Source: Nitrososphaerota archaeon (lineage in GTDB: Archaea > Thermoproteota > Nitrososphaeria_A > Caldarchaeales > Caldarchaeaceae). From it: a stretch of DNA of 64,000 nucleotides. Position numbers and translations under genes: made by a program. The notes under the pieces were generated by a model that did no database searches, was not told where the DNA came from, and saw nothing but the letters and a program-made list of their open reading frames with translations. The DNA is taken from NCBI GenBank assembly GCA_041641305.1, contig JBEPYN010000002.1, positions 352,001 through 416,000 of the forward strand. Reading direction: 5' to 3'. Position 1 is the stretch's first letter. Each line of letters starts with the position of its first letter. Positions 45,971-55,814 of this stretch are shown here, in pieces.

Positions 45971-46699
45971 TTATCGTCGGCCTAAACTATAACCTATACT
46001 CCGATGATTTACTGCTGTAGTAACTATGGATGCTAAAACCGCTGGAACGATGATGGACGCCGCTAAATTCTCCAACGTGTAGTTAGGTATTCTGAGGGCG
46101 TAGGCAGGGCAGGAAATATCGCATTCAACTCGTTTAACCCTAGACAGCCATACAAGGTATACATCAGCGAAGGTTATGTCTAATATTGGCCTTGTTTCAT
46201 CCATCCTGTAGAGCATGAGGTACCTTTCCTTCCCATTCCCGAGGGGTGTGAGGTCGGAAGCTCCAAGTAGATGGCCGAATTCATGCAGGAGTACGGAGCG
46301 AAGCAGCGCGCGGTTGTCGACGATGCTGCTTGCTATTGATATGTTGGCCCCCTTCAACCTAAATGTCTCCTTATCGAAGGCAAGGTTGAACCCGCCGAGT
46401 TCGGGGGACTTGATAGCCCGCTCCGAGAAGTTTATGTTTGCGAAGCAGCCGTCCTTGACAACCTCGATGTAAATACCTTTCAGTTCTCTGAAAACGTTAC
46501 TGAAGGTCTCTAGTGCCTCGTTCCATTTGCTTGCAGCCCATCGTGCATCTTCCTGCACCTCCTCGGGAGCACATACAAGTATCCGATTTGGTATGAAATC
46601 TATGTTGATTTTGAGCTCAATTACGTAGGTTTCTGAAGATGCGTATAGTATGGAAACGGTTGACGGTATCAAGAGTAGGAGGAATGTCAATGAGGTCAC
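45971..46699 (-). CDS. Anchored matrixin-like zinc metalloprotease
   Basis: Signal peptide, HEFGHLLG, Met-turn-like LM, C-terminal TM. Confidence 0.75.
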   Translation of the reverse strand: MTSLTFLLLLIPSTVSILYASSETYVIELKINIDFIPNRILVCAPEEVQEDARWAASKWNEALETFSNVFRELKGIYIEVVKDGCFANINFSERAIKSPELGGFNLAFDKETFRLKGANISIASSIVDNRALLRSVLLHEFGHLLGASDLTPLGNGKERYLMLYRMDETRPILDITFADVYLVWLSRVKRVECDISCPAYALRIPNYTLENLAASIIVPAVLASIVTTAVNHRSIGYSLGRR

Positions 46700-46714
46700 T
46701 TGGCTAATGGCGGG

Positions 46715-47491
46715 TCACCCCCCTCGTACATCGAGTTCTACGTGGAGGGTCAGCGATACCGTGACAGGCCTGTTCTCTTCGGGATAGGAATACCAGTACC
46801 AGAATATGAAGTCGTCACGATATGTCGGGCCGCCAGCCCTGAAAGTGTACCCTGTGTAGTCGCTCCAGCCGTCAACATATCTAACGAGTATTGTATTGCG
46901 GTATTCGCCAGTCCGTATCCACCAAATAAAAGTTGTTCCAGCGGGGGTCATCCAACCGTTGAAGAGGAAGGAGTTCGTGGTTGAGTTCTCGCGGACAACC
47001 TGAACCTTTATCCAAGAGTTTTGGCTGACGGTCACAATCTGGTTCCTCGGGTCGGGTCTGAGGAAGAGAAGGTAGCATTGTATGTTCTTGTCCAATGTAG
47101 CGTTGTAGTCTATGATGTTGTGGCCGAGCTTGAGCTGGTAGACGCCGCAGAGCTGGAATCTCCCTCTCCTCGCAAAATCGTGGTAGGTTTCGACTGGTAC
47201 TGGGAACGGTTCGACGGCCATCACGTTCCAGAACACCAGCCCCGAGACCACCACCGCGAGTCCCGCGATGACGTATTTTCTCTCAGCCTTTCCTATAAAA
47301 ACTAAGGCTGCCAAGACGAGTCCTGGAAGGTTCCAGAATATGTAGATGTTGAACCATCCGGGGAGTTCGGGGAAGATGTGGTTAAGCGGGGCGAGGCGTA
47401 CAGTTCCTATAACCACGGCGATGGCGAACATGGCAAAGTACGCCAGCAACGCAAGCCCTACCTTTCTCAGGTTTTTCCTAACTCGGGACAT
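46715..47491 (-). CDS. Membrane protein with extracellular beta domain
   Basis: Three N-terminal TMs; promoter GGCCTCAAATGATTAAAT at 47518-47535. Confidence 0.75.
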   Translation of the reverse strand: MSRVRKNLRKVGLALLAYFAMFAIAVVIGTVRLAPLNHIFPELPGWFNIYIFWNLPGLVLAALVFIGKAERKYVIAGLAVVVSGLVFWNVMAVEPFPVPVETYHDFARRGRFQLCGVYQLKLGHNIIDYNATLDKNIQCYLLFLRPDPRNQIVTVSQNSWIKVQVVRENSTTNSFLFNGWMTPAGTTFIWWIRTGEYRNTILVRYVDGWSDYTGYTFRAGGPTYRDDFIFWYWYSYPEENRPVTVSLTLHVELDVRGG

Positions 47492-47537
47492 GGTCAGTCA
47501 CTAGGTTTTTTCCAAACATTTAATCATTTGAGGCCAG

Positions 47538-49286
47538 CTAGTCACCTATACAATTTCCCAGACAGGCCCCGTCAAGGACTCCGCAGGTGCAGGTGCGTAT
47601 AGTGGTCGCAACAGTAGTGCTACATGTTGTCCATGTCTCTGTTGTCCATGTGCTGATTATTTGAGTCCACGTGACTGTGTAGTCTGTCCATGTGGCTGTT
47701 TGCCAAATTGTTGTGGTAACTGTTGCGGTTGGGTTGTTGGTTACCGTTATGGTAACCCATGAAGTCAACGTCGTTGTGGTGTAGACATAATCGGCACGCG
47801 CCGAGGGGGTAAGAACTGAGATTACGGCCACCAGGTTCATATACAATATTAGCAGCATGATTGTCGCTAAAACCGTTAGTTGAAGCTTTCTAGAGCGCGT
47901 AGGATACGACATCATCAACAGTAGGCCTAGAAACATGAGGGATGTGGATGGAAAACCGTCATAAATAGGGGTCACCCCGGCAACCTCTGAAGCAAGTCGA
48001 GCATCAGGCCCGCTCGCTTTTTCTCCCAACTCATATCCTTGACATCCCTGCAAACTCTTCCAATAGACACCCTGGGCCGTCTGTGTACATGTTATGGATG
48101 TCCATGTGGTTGCCTTGGTGTACCAAATGTCTGTTGAGGTTATGGTAGAGGTCACTGTAACCCATGTAGTGCCTGTAGCGGTTTCTGTCACCGTGATCGT
48201 AGCGCCTATGTATATGAAGGTTGTCGATGTAACGGTCTCGGTTATCGTATACGTGGTCGTCCCATTTATTGTGGTTGGTGGCTGAGTGGTGGGCCCGGGT
48301 GGTGTGGGTGCTGTGGACGTTGTTGGCTGGTATTCGCAGCCTACGCCATATCCGCCGCTCCATTCAGCGGCTCTGCCCGCCGAGTCTACTACCCTCACGG
48401 TCCATCCATATGAGGCTGGGTCTGGGTAGGCTGACATGCCAACGGTCCAGCCGTAGGAGCCGGAGACGGTGTATGGGCCGAAGCTTCCGCTCGCAAGCTG
48501 CCCGCCCCACATGTTGGAGGCGCTCCATTGCCCTGTTATAATGTATGGTGGAGTCCCCCAGCCGTTTGGGTTGAAGCTGAACTGCACAGATAAGTATGTG
48601 CAATAATTTTCGAGGATTTGCCATGTCAGGGAGGGTGTGCCCCATGGAGGGGGAGCTGTTCTAGTGGTTGTCCACGTGGTGGTGTAGGATGTTGTCGTGG
48701 TGGTCCTGGTTGTTGTGGTGGCTGTCACCGAGGTTGTGGTTGTTGTCACCGTGTAGGTGTCCGTCCTCGTAGTGCCTGTTACGTACACGGCTGGCTTGTC
48801 AGGCCTTCCCCAGAGGCTTACGAAGTCGTTTCCAAGGCTTGTGTGGGCCTGTATGTACTTGATGGCGGCTAGGGCTGTGTAGTAGTCGTCCACCCCGGCT
48901 ATCCCCAGCTCCGACGGTGTGTAGGTCCTGTCCTCGCCTGCCCTTAGCCTTATCGATACCTGCTTCTCCTCAACCCTCCCATCCCTCCAGACTATGAGGA
49001 GGCTGTTTATGGTTGTTTCGCCGCTCCACTCACCTACGAAGCTTATCTTTGTCAGGTTCAGGTACCTGCCGGAGGGCTGCTTTACCGCGTCGAGTCAGAC
49101 GTAGACCCGAACCAGCTCCTTGGCCTTCAGCGCCGCTGTCTCGGCCTGCCCCGCCATCTGGGCCTGCTGCCTCGCGTTAAGCGCAACCATGTACGACATC
49201 CACACAAGGCTACCTATGAGAACCAGTATAATAGCCATCGTGGCCAGAGCCGTTGAAACACCTTTGTTAACACGTTTAGCAATCAT
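47538..49286 (-). pseudogene. Pilin-like Thr-rich adhesin interrupted by an in-frame TGA at 49095-49097
   Basis: Class III signal NKG/VST; frame stays open after the TGA and joins the 451-aa ORF. Confidence 0.75.
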
Positions 49287-49298
49287 TGAACCACCTCT

Positions 49299-50303
49299 CT
49301 AACATGTTGCTGTTCTAGGGTTATAATATGAGCCGTACATTGTGCAATAGCTTGTCTCGGTTAACTGATCACCAGCAGAATCTCTTACAGTCTTAGTTAC
49401 TCGTGCTTGGAGCGGGTCGCCGTATCTTGAGAGTCCGCCTGAGCAGCTTCCGCTGAAGCTTGTTGACGATGTTGTTACTGATATTGTGCAGTAGCTTGTT
49501 ATGGTTATAGTATATGGTGGGGAGCCACCTTGGATGGAGCCCGAGCATGAAATACTCCAACCGCTCCAATACCATGTCGCATATAAGCTACTCCAGTATG
49601 AGTTGGCCTGTGCATCGCATGTGATTGAAAAAACCAAGGGCGGAGTCGTCGTCGTCGTCAGTCTTGGACAACCTGTGCAGACTGCGCTCGTCGTCGTAGA
49701 CGCGGCTCTGACTCTAATGACGATTGTGTCTGTCTGCGTTATCGTTGTTGTCGTGCTGGATGTCTGGGTGGTTGTCGTGGCTGTGTTGGTGCTGTATGTG
49801 GCTGCTATGGCGCCGGCCCATGTACCCCAGCTCAGGTATAGGCTGTTTCCGTCAGACGTGTGGAGTATGAGCTGCTTAATCTCTCTCTTCGCTTTCCAGT
49901 AGTCCCCGTCATAGGATGCGAGCCTTGGGTCGAGCTGGCTCGGAGCAATGGTTACGTTTTCCCCGGGATTGACCGTCAATATGTTGCCGCTTTTCTCCAC
50001 AAGTATCGTGTCGTTCTGAAGCTCGACCAGCAGGTAGTCCACGGTTATCGGCAGCTTTCCGGCTCCGTAGAGGTTTATCAGCGTCTGGTTGGACGGGCCC
50101 CTGAAAGCCGTTGCCCTGAGGTATTTCTTCCCCTCCTCAGCCGCTAGGCTGGCTTGGTTGAGGCCGGCTTGGTGAGAGGCGGTGGCTTGGATGTATGCGC
50201 TGAGCAGCAGCATGGATGAGAGCGCTATGACCGGGACTAGGATGGCGACGGAGACTGCTGCTGAGACACCTTTCTTAGCCCTTGTCTTCAAGGCTCCACG
50301 CAC
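49299..50303 (-). CDS. Minor pilin-like protein with Thr-rich linker and Cys-rich tip
   Basis: KKG/VSAAVSVAIL class III signal. Confidence 0.8.
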   Translation of the reverse strand: MRGALKTRAKKGVSAAVSVAILVPVIALSSMLLLSAYIQATASHQAGLNQASLAAEEGKKYLRATAFRGPSNQTLINLYGAGKLPITVDYLLVELQNDTILVEKSGNILTVNPGENVTIAPSQLDPRLASYDGDYWKAKREIKQLILHTSDGNSLYLSWGTWAGAIAATYSTNTATTTTQTSSTTTTITQTDTIVIRVRAASTTTSAVCTGCPRLTTTTTPPLVFSITCDAQANSYWSSLYATWYWSGWSISCSGSIQGGSPPYTITITSYCTISVTTSSTSFSGSCSGGLSRYGDPLQARVTKTVRDSAGDQLTETSYCTMYGSYYNPRTATC

Positions 50304-50839
50304 CTCCTATCCTCCGTTATAGTCACCACTGTCTCGGGCCTTGGAACAGCGTATCCGCCTATGAATAGGCCTCCTCTGGACGTGTGGACCTGTGCCTGTG
50401 CAAGCGTCATGTACAGCCCGCAGAAGGCTCCGCAGTCGGCTAGAGGCTGGACTATATACTGGCCGGGGAGGAGGCTTCTTTTCTCACTGCTCCGATACAG
50501 TATCAATGCGTCAACGGATACGACGATGCTGTCAACCTCGACGGGTACGTTGCCCGTGTTGACAACAAGCAGCTTCCAGGGCATTGTTAGCTGGGTCAGG
50601 TTTCCGCTGAGAAGCCTGCAGAGGCTGGAGTTGTATATGTATGCGGAGACAACCTCTGGCACCCTCGGCGCCTGCCCTACCTGCGCCTCCTGTTTGACTC
50701 CTGCTGAGAGCCTGTTCTGGACATTTAGGTAGGCGATTGCGTAGAGCATCGTCAACGTGAACGCTATCACGCCTACCACCGCCGCCACCGCGGCTAGCCC
50801 GGCTCTGTCAACGCTCATGGCGGTGGCACTCCGCTGCAC
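50288..50839 (-). CDS. Pilin-like protein
   Basis: RAG/LAAV hydrophobic N-terminus, V.NTG..PV motif. Confidence 0.7.
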   Translation of the reverse strand: MQRSATAMSVDRAGLAAVAAVVGVIAFTLTMLYAIAYLNVQNRLSAGVKQEAQVGQAPRVPEVVSAYIYNSSLCRLLSGNLTQLTMPWKLLVVNTGNVPVEVDSIVVSVDALILYRSSEKRSLLPGQYIVQPLADCGAFCGLYMTLAQAQVHTSRGGLFIGGYAVPRPETVVTITEDRRCVEP

Positions 50840-51519
50840 TGGCTGTCACCTCCTAGGGAGACACGTAGCGATGATGAGGCTGTTGTGCCGTTCTGGTCTC
50901 TAATTGTCACCGTCGCAGTCACCGGGAGGGTTGAGTAGAAATGCTGTGTGAGAAGCACGTGTCCTAGGTAGGTCACCGACCCGCCGTCGCCGAAGTAGAG
51001 GGTGAAGCTGTACGGAGGCTGTCCGCCGTAGGCCAATGCTTGGAAGTATACTGGCATCACCGAGGGGGGGAAGTTGCATCTAAAGTCTACCTGTAGCCCG
51101 CCTCCCGCTCCGCCGGCAGGCGGGGCCGGTCTCTTAACCGTCTCGACCGCAACTGCCCCGTGTCCATCTACATCGACGGCCACTTTCTCGGAGAAGCCTA
51201 CGACGAACTCAGCCCTCTCACCTGGGCCGAGTGTGACTGCTTGAATAGGATGCTCGTGTCCATCGAGGTAGAGCTTGGTTATCTTCACCGGCTGTGTACC
51301 ATCGTTGCTGAGCATGATGACCGGTGGAACATGGTAAACGGTGCTGAGCCTGACGGGTATCTTTTTCTCTCCCTGCGACAGCCTCTCGGCCGCCGCCAGA
51401 GTGGTTGAAGACGCCCTGCCCAAAAGTATGGCCGAGGCTAGGGCTGATATGGCCAGCACTGTAGCCAGCGCCGCTATCGAGGCTACTGCTGTTGAGACGG
51501 CTTTATTATTCCGCGTCAT
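50815..51519 (-). CDS. Pilin-like protein with PKD domain
   Basis: NKA/VST signal; GGQPPYSF...FGDG PKD signature. Confidence 0.8.
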   Translation of the reverse strand: MTRNNKAVSTAVASIAALATVLAISALASAILLGRASSTTLAAAERLSQGEKKIPVRLSTVYHVPPVIMLSNDGTQPVKITKLYLDGHEHPIQAVTLGPGERAEFVVGFSEKVAVDVDGHGAVAVETVKRPAPPAGGAGGGLQVDFRCNFPPSVMPVYFQALAYGGQPPYSFTLYFGDGGSVTYLGHVLLTQHFYSTLPVTATVTIRDQNGTTASSSLRVSLGGDSQCSGVPPP

Positions 51520-52283
51520 GTGTTCCTACACCCTCCCGGTATGTTTAGTGTTGAGGAAACTGCTCTGCCCAGCGCGTCGGTGACTATTATCGACGCGGTG
51601 TATTCGCCGTTTTCGTATACGTGGTTGGTTGTGTATGCTGAGCCGTCCTGTATCGCTGTTTCAACGATTCCGTCTCCGAAATCTACGGTGAAGTTGTAGG
51701 GCCTCGCTCCCTGGTTAACGACGGCCTGAATGTTTACGTGAAGCCTTACCAGCTTCTTATTGCCTATCGACCTAACCTCGCATGAGAAATGTCTCAGCTC
51801 TGGCCCGCCGGGTCCACTGTCTCCCGAGTCTGAGTCACCTCCACCGCTGGGGCCCTGAGACTGTCCTCCACCACCCTCTCCGGGAGCCTCATCGTTCCCC
51901 GAGCCCCCTCCTCCGTTGGGACCCTGGGCGTCTCCCCTACCCGGTCCCGGAACCTGATATGCGAGCCTTACATCTCTACTCTCGCCGCATACGACGTTGA
52001 CGTACCTGCTTACTGCCGGGCCTGTGTAGGTGGCTATCCTGCCTGGAAGGATTTCAGCCGGGCCGGAGAGTAGCCTGTCGCCGGCATAGACTTGGCATCT
52101 GAGGACTTGGCTGGACGGGTTCCTGACGTCCACCAGCAGGTCTCCGCCGACCAGTAGAACGCTTTCAACAACGGGCTTGGGGGTCGGCATCCAGATGTTG
52201 GGCGAGACCGCCGAGGTGGCGAAGACCCCCGCCATCAGGAAGATGGCGGACAGCAGTATAACTAGTGCTGTATGGCTCTCCAT
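51516..52283 (-). CDS. Anchored protein with Gly-rich linker and PKD domain
   Basis: N-terminal TM; PYNFTVDFGDG..H.Y..G.Y. Confidence 0.8.
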   Translation of the reverse strand: MESHTALVILLSAIFLMAGVFATSAVSPNIWMPTPKPVVESVLLVGGDLLVDVRNPSSQVLRCQVYAGDRLLSGPAEILPGRIATYTGPAVSRYVNVVCGESRDVRLAYQVPGPGRGDAQGPNGGGGSGNDEAPGEGGGGQSQGPSGGGDSDSGDSGPGGPELRHFSCEVRSIGNKKLVRLHVNIQAVVNQGARPYNFTVDFGDGIVETAIQDGSAYTTNHVYENGEYTASIIVTDALGRAVSSTLNIPGGCRNT

Positions 52284-52284
52284 T

Positions 52285-53253
52285 CTAGCTCACCACCACC
52301 GAAGTTACAGTCACGGTGGCCGTGGTTGTTGTAGTGACCGTGGGTCTGATGCTTACGCTGGTTGATGTCAATATGTTCCACCAATAGGACATAGTTGTTG
52401 TGGTGTACGTTGTGGTAGAGTATGTTGGGAGTGTGGCTGTCGCAGTGTATGTCGTGGTGACTGTTGTTACGGAGGGTAGTGTTGTCGTTACCTTGGTGAC
52501 GTACCACATGGTCCATGGAGTCGCGAGGGTGTCAAGCGAAGTGGTTGTCGTCGAACCTATCTGCTTGGGTATCACAACCGTTGTAAGGTATGTTGCCGTC
52601 GCTAGGTTAGCTTGGTAGGGCGTATAGTAATAGTAGTAGATATAGGTTCTTGTTGATGTCGTGCCGTAGTAGCAGGATAGGCATAGGGTCAGTTTCTGGG
52701 TTATTGTTGTGGTCGAGTATGTCGTCTGTAGTGTCGGAGCCGTCCAAGTAACGTAGTACGGCGTGTATGTGGTGTAGTATACTGTGGTGCTCCTTGTCAA
52801 GACGTATCTGGTCGTGACGCAGCAGCTCGTCGTGTATGTCGCCGTGGCGACTTGGAGGCCCGGCTTCTCCTTGAGAACCAGCTTGAGGCTCCCCGTGCCC
52901 TCCAGCTCGGCTGCCAGTGCTTGGGCGTCGCCGACTAGGACCGATGCCTTCTGGCCGGGCTGTATGGTTATCGGCGGGTTGAGCACCACTTCCCCCGTCT
53001 CCGTGAAGAGCTTGGTCAAGGTAACCGGCGCCGCCCCGTCGTTGGCTATTATCGCTCTACCATCTATCAGAGCCACTAGGCTCAGCTTGGCTCCGGCCAG
53101 CTTCTCGGCTTCGCCAACCTCCTCAACAGCAGCTCTCTGGACGAAGACCGTGTTGGGCAGGTGCATGGATAACGTGAAGGCAACTATCATAACGGTGGCG
53201 GCTAACGCGACTATCGAGGCAGCCGACTGAGAGATTCCTCTCCTGCTCTTCAC
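52285..53253 (-). CDS. Pilin-like protein with very Thr/Tyr-rich C-terminus
   Basis: RRG/ISQ class III signal. Confidence 0.8.
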   Translation of the reverse strand: MKSRRGISQSAASIVALAATVMIVAFTLSMHLPNTVFVQRAAVEEVGEAEKLAGAKLSLVALIDGRAIIANDGAAPVTLTKLFTETGEVVLNPPITIQPGQKASVLVGDAQALAAELEGTGSLKLVLKEKPGLQVATATYTTSCCVTTRYVLTRSTTVYYTTYTPYYVTWTAPTLQTTYSTTTITQKLTLCLSCYYGTTSTRTYIYYYYYTPYQANLATATYLTTVVIPKQIGSTTTTSLDTLATPWTMWYVTKVTTTLPSVTTVTTTYTATATLPTYSTTTYTTTTMSYWWNILTSTSVSIRPTVTTTTTATVTVTSVVVS

Positions 53254-53693
53254 CTCATGCTCACCTCCACGCTGCCTATGATGAATGTTGGAATGCTTCT
53301 ATGGGTCAGGGCTCTGGCCTCAACTATGTAGACCCCTCCCGAGGAAACGCCAGAGACTATGAAGGTGTCGCTCCACGATGTTGAAGGCTTGAGCGCCTCG
53401 TCAACTCCTCTAACGAATAGTTCGTTGGAGCCGCTGAGGAGCCTTATGCTCTGAAGGGTCACGGGCTCTTTACCGATGTTGTAGACCGTGACGGTCAGCA
53501 GCCCCCCGTCTCCGAAGGGCTCTAGATGAGCTGAGACGAGGAGTCCCGTTGATGTGGCGGCTGGCGCCGTCCTGAAGACGCCGGCCGCAAAAGCAACCGC
53601 CATAGCCACTATGGCGGCAAATGTGAGAACAACAGCCGCGATAACCTCGCTTAAACCATATCTCGGAAAAAAAGAAGAGGAGTTTTTCCTCAT
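53250..53693 (-). CDS. Archaeal type IV pilin
   Basis: RYG/LSEVIAAVVL signal, V.NIG motif. Confidence 0.8.
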   Translation of the reverse strand: MRKNSSSFFPRYGLSEVIAAVVLTFAAIVAMAVAFAAGVFRTAPAATSTGLLVSAHLEPFGDGGLLTVTVYNIGKEPVTLQSIRLLSGSNELFVRGVDEALKPSTSWSDTFIVSGVSSGGVYIVEARALTHRSIPTFIIGSVEVSMR

Positions 53694-53694
53694 C

Positions 53695-54162
53695 CTACAC
53701 CACCGGCACGGATGTCGAGTGCCTGATGGTTCCGCTGGAGCCTGTTCCGGAGGCTTCGATGACTATGAGGTCTCCCCGACCTGCGCCTAACCCTGTCACA
53801 CATGCCGATGCCGACGCTTCAGCCCCCGGCTGGAGGCTTCCTATCGAGCCCACGGAGGCGGTGTTAGTCCCCCATCTTGCGGTTACGGTTATCCCCGTGA
53901 TGGTTGTCGAGCCATCATTCTTCACCTTAGCGTTCACATAAATGCATGTGTCCTGTAAGTAGGACTGCGCCTCTATCACCCTGATGCTCTCAGCCCTAGC
54001 AAACACTCCAATCCTGGCCATGGTCAGGACGCCTACTATGAGTGCGAGAGCGGTGACAATCACGACGAGTATTATGGCTGCGACGGGCTGGCTGAGTCCT
54101 TTCCGAGACCTCCTGCTAGACCTTCCATAAAAAATATGGGAGGATGTTTTGATGAGGCTCAT
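53695..54162 (-). CDS. Archaeal type IV pilin
   Basis: RKG/LSQPVAAIIL signal, VKNDG and L.PG motifs. Confidence 0.85.
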   Translation of the reverse strand: MSLIKTSSHIFYGRSSRRSRKGLSQPVAAIILVVIVTALALIVGVLTMARIGVFARAESIRVIEAQSYLQDTCIYVNAKVKNDGSTTITGITVTARWGTNTASVGSIGSLQPGAEASASACVTGLGAGRGDLIVIEASGTGSSGTIRHSTSVPVV

Positions 54163-54172
54163 TCCCTCACCT

Positions 54173-54631
54173 CTAGATGTGGGCTACCGCCGACTTCTTG
54201 TCGACGACTTGGATGCCTCCTGGGCCTGTGCAGGTGACGATGGCTATGTAGATGTTTCCGCTGTTGAAGCCTGTTACGGCGTTTTCCGTGTAGCTGCCTG
54301 TCTGCCCTGGGTTGAGTGATGTTGGTCCAGCCGGTGTCGATAGGGAGGCTCCTGTCCCGTCCTGCACGTCGACCGTACAGCCGTTGAGGACGCTGCCTCC
54401 GCTGTTCCGGACGTCAACGGTTACGAAGCCGTTTCCGTTGACCGGGTCAACCAGTATGTCGACGCGCTCGATGGTCACCTTGGCCGCCGTCCCCCATCCG
54501 AAGAGGAAGCCGCCTGCCATCGACATGGCTACGATGGTTAGGGCGACTCCTGCTACGACGAGGATGAGGGCGAGGATTGGTGCGCTGAGTCCTTTTCTGG
54601 CGTTTTGTTTGATGCGTTTTTCCGTGTTCAT
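54173..54631 (-). CDS. Archaeal type IV pilin (candidate major pilin, first in operon)
   Basis: RKG/LSAPILALIL signal, VRNSG and LNPG motifs. Confidence 0.85.
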   Translation of the reverse strand: MNTEKRIKQNARKGLSAPILALILVVAGVALTIVAMSMAGGFLFGWGTAAKVTIERVDILVDPVNGNGFVTVDVRNSGGSVLNGCTVDVQDGTGASLSTPAGPTSLNPGQTGSYTENAVTGFNSGNIYIAIVTCTGPGGIQVVDKKSAVAHI

Positions 54632-54727
54632 GGCGATAATCTCCGCTATACGGGTGCATATATTCGGATAACGGCTCGCATGCCTGCGTTATCCGCATAA
54701 ATATTTCAGAACAGCACCTGACGCGGC

Positions 54728-55144
54728 ATGGAGAAAGCGGTTCTAACGGTTATAATTCTTATTGTGGGGCTGGGTATGACATTGGCTGTCCTCGCCACGG
54801 CTTATGGATGGTTGGGGGTCTGGGGCACATCGGAACGGGTGGTGATAAAGTATGCAGACATAACAGTCAATCCCCAAACTGGTCTGAGTTACGTTACCGT
54901 GGAAATTCACAACGCCGGCGGCATCAGGTTGACGGGCTGCCGCGTAAGTGTTTTACCGAACATAGATGTCGACGACGTGTCTACATCCGACCTACCGCCC
55001 GGCGCCAGCGCCACGTTTTTCGAGTCACGTGTTCCCGGCCTACAGCCTTCTCAGGTATACGTGGTGGAAGCCGTTTGCCGGTCGACTAGAGGAGGCCCCT
55101 CGGTAGAAATAATAGACAAGAAGAGCGTTCAGGCTCATGTGTGA
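54728..55144 (+). CDS. Divergently transcribed pilin paralogue
   Basis: Aligns by eye with 54173-54631 (WGT..V.I...DI.V.P..G...VTV...N.GG..L.GC.V; DKKS..AH). Confidence 0.85.
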   Translation: MEKAVLTVIILIVGLGMTLAVLATAYGWLGVWGTSERVVIKYADITVNPQTGLSYVTVEIHNAGGIRLTGCRVSVLPNIDVDDVSTSDLPPGASATFFESRVPGLQPSQVYVVEAVCRSTRGGPSVEIIDKKSVQAHV

Positions 55145-55158
55145 AGTACCATAGCGCT

Positions 55159-55174
55159 TGTCAACATGTTGACG
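55159..55174. repeat. 16-bp palindrome copy TGTCAACATGTTGACG
   Basis: Direct reading; intergenic. Confidence 0.9.
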
Positions 55175-55217
55175 GGGCCAGCTAGGCTATACTGATTTAT
55201 CCAGCTTTTTCTCATCA

Positions 55218-55457
55218 ATGGTTATGCGGTGCCAGTGGCTGGGGGGCGTCTGTGACAGAAGGGCTGATTATACGGTTGAGAACCTGACGAGAGCCGTCAC
55301 ACTAGAGCTGTGCAGGACCCATATGCGTGACTACTTGGAGGGTCTTCGGCTGGATATGGGAGCGGTTGACGTGCTGGAGTTCCGCCGCCGCGGAGGAAAA
55401 ACCCGAAGGCTTGTTGTCGGGAAGCGGGTGCCAGAAATCGAGGTGGCTACGGTTTGA
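55218..55457 (+). CDS. Small C3H zinc-finger-like protein
   Basis: MRCQWL..C....YTV...LC..H, paralogue of 58841-59038. Confidence 0.7.
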   Translation: MVMRCQWLGGVCDRRADYTVENLTRAVTLELCRTHMRDYLEGLRLDMGAVDVLEFRRRGGKTRRLVVGKRVPEIEVATV

Positions 55458-55774
55458 CGGCTAAGGATGTTCACGTGATTCCGGTGGGGAGAAGACGGGC
55501 AAGCTTCTACGCATTGGGCTGCATAGCCGCGGTCGCCAGCGGCTACAGGTCTGTTGTGCTGAAGGCGCGGGGGGCTAGGATAGCCGACGCCGTGAACGTG
55601 TCCCAGCTTGTAACGCGTCTGGCGCCGCATATTCAGGTCTCGAAGGTGGAGATAGGCACCGAGCGGAGGAGCCGCGGCGACAGGGTGGTGGACGTAAGCA
55701 CCATGGAGATAACCCTAGAATCCAAGAGAGACGTTGGGACGAAAGAGGCTAAGAAGCCTGCGAAAAATAAGTAG
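55454..55774 (+). CDS. Alba-family nucleic-acid-binding protein
   Basis: VVLKARG.RI..AV.VS, IGTE, VSTMEI.L motifs. Confidence 0.85.
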   Translation: MTAKDVHVIPVGRRRASFYALGCIAAVASGYRSVVLKARGARIADAVNVSQLVTRLAPHIQVSKVEIGTERRSRGDRVVDVSTMEITLESKRDVGTKEAKKPAKNK

Positions 55775-55814
55775 GTTATCTGGATAAAGCCATGCGTTTG
55801 TGATATTTTACGCG

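Noticed and set aside
49095-49097. Selenocysteine or genetic-code reassignment of TGA
   Set aside because: Many neighbouring genes end normally in TGA, the context fits Trp, and no SECIS or Sec machinery is evident.
31624-54631. Numerous plus-strand and alternative-frame ORFs of 60-280 aa
   Set aside because: Shadow ORFs of GC-rich minus-strand genes with clear motifs.
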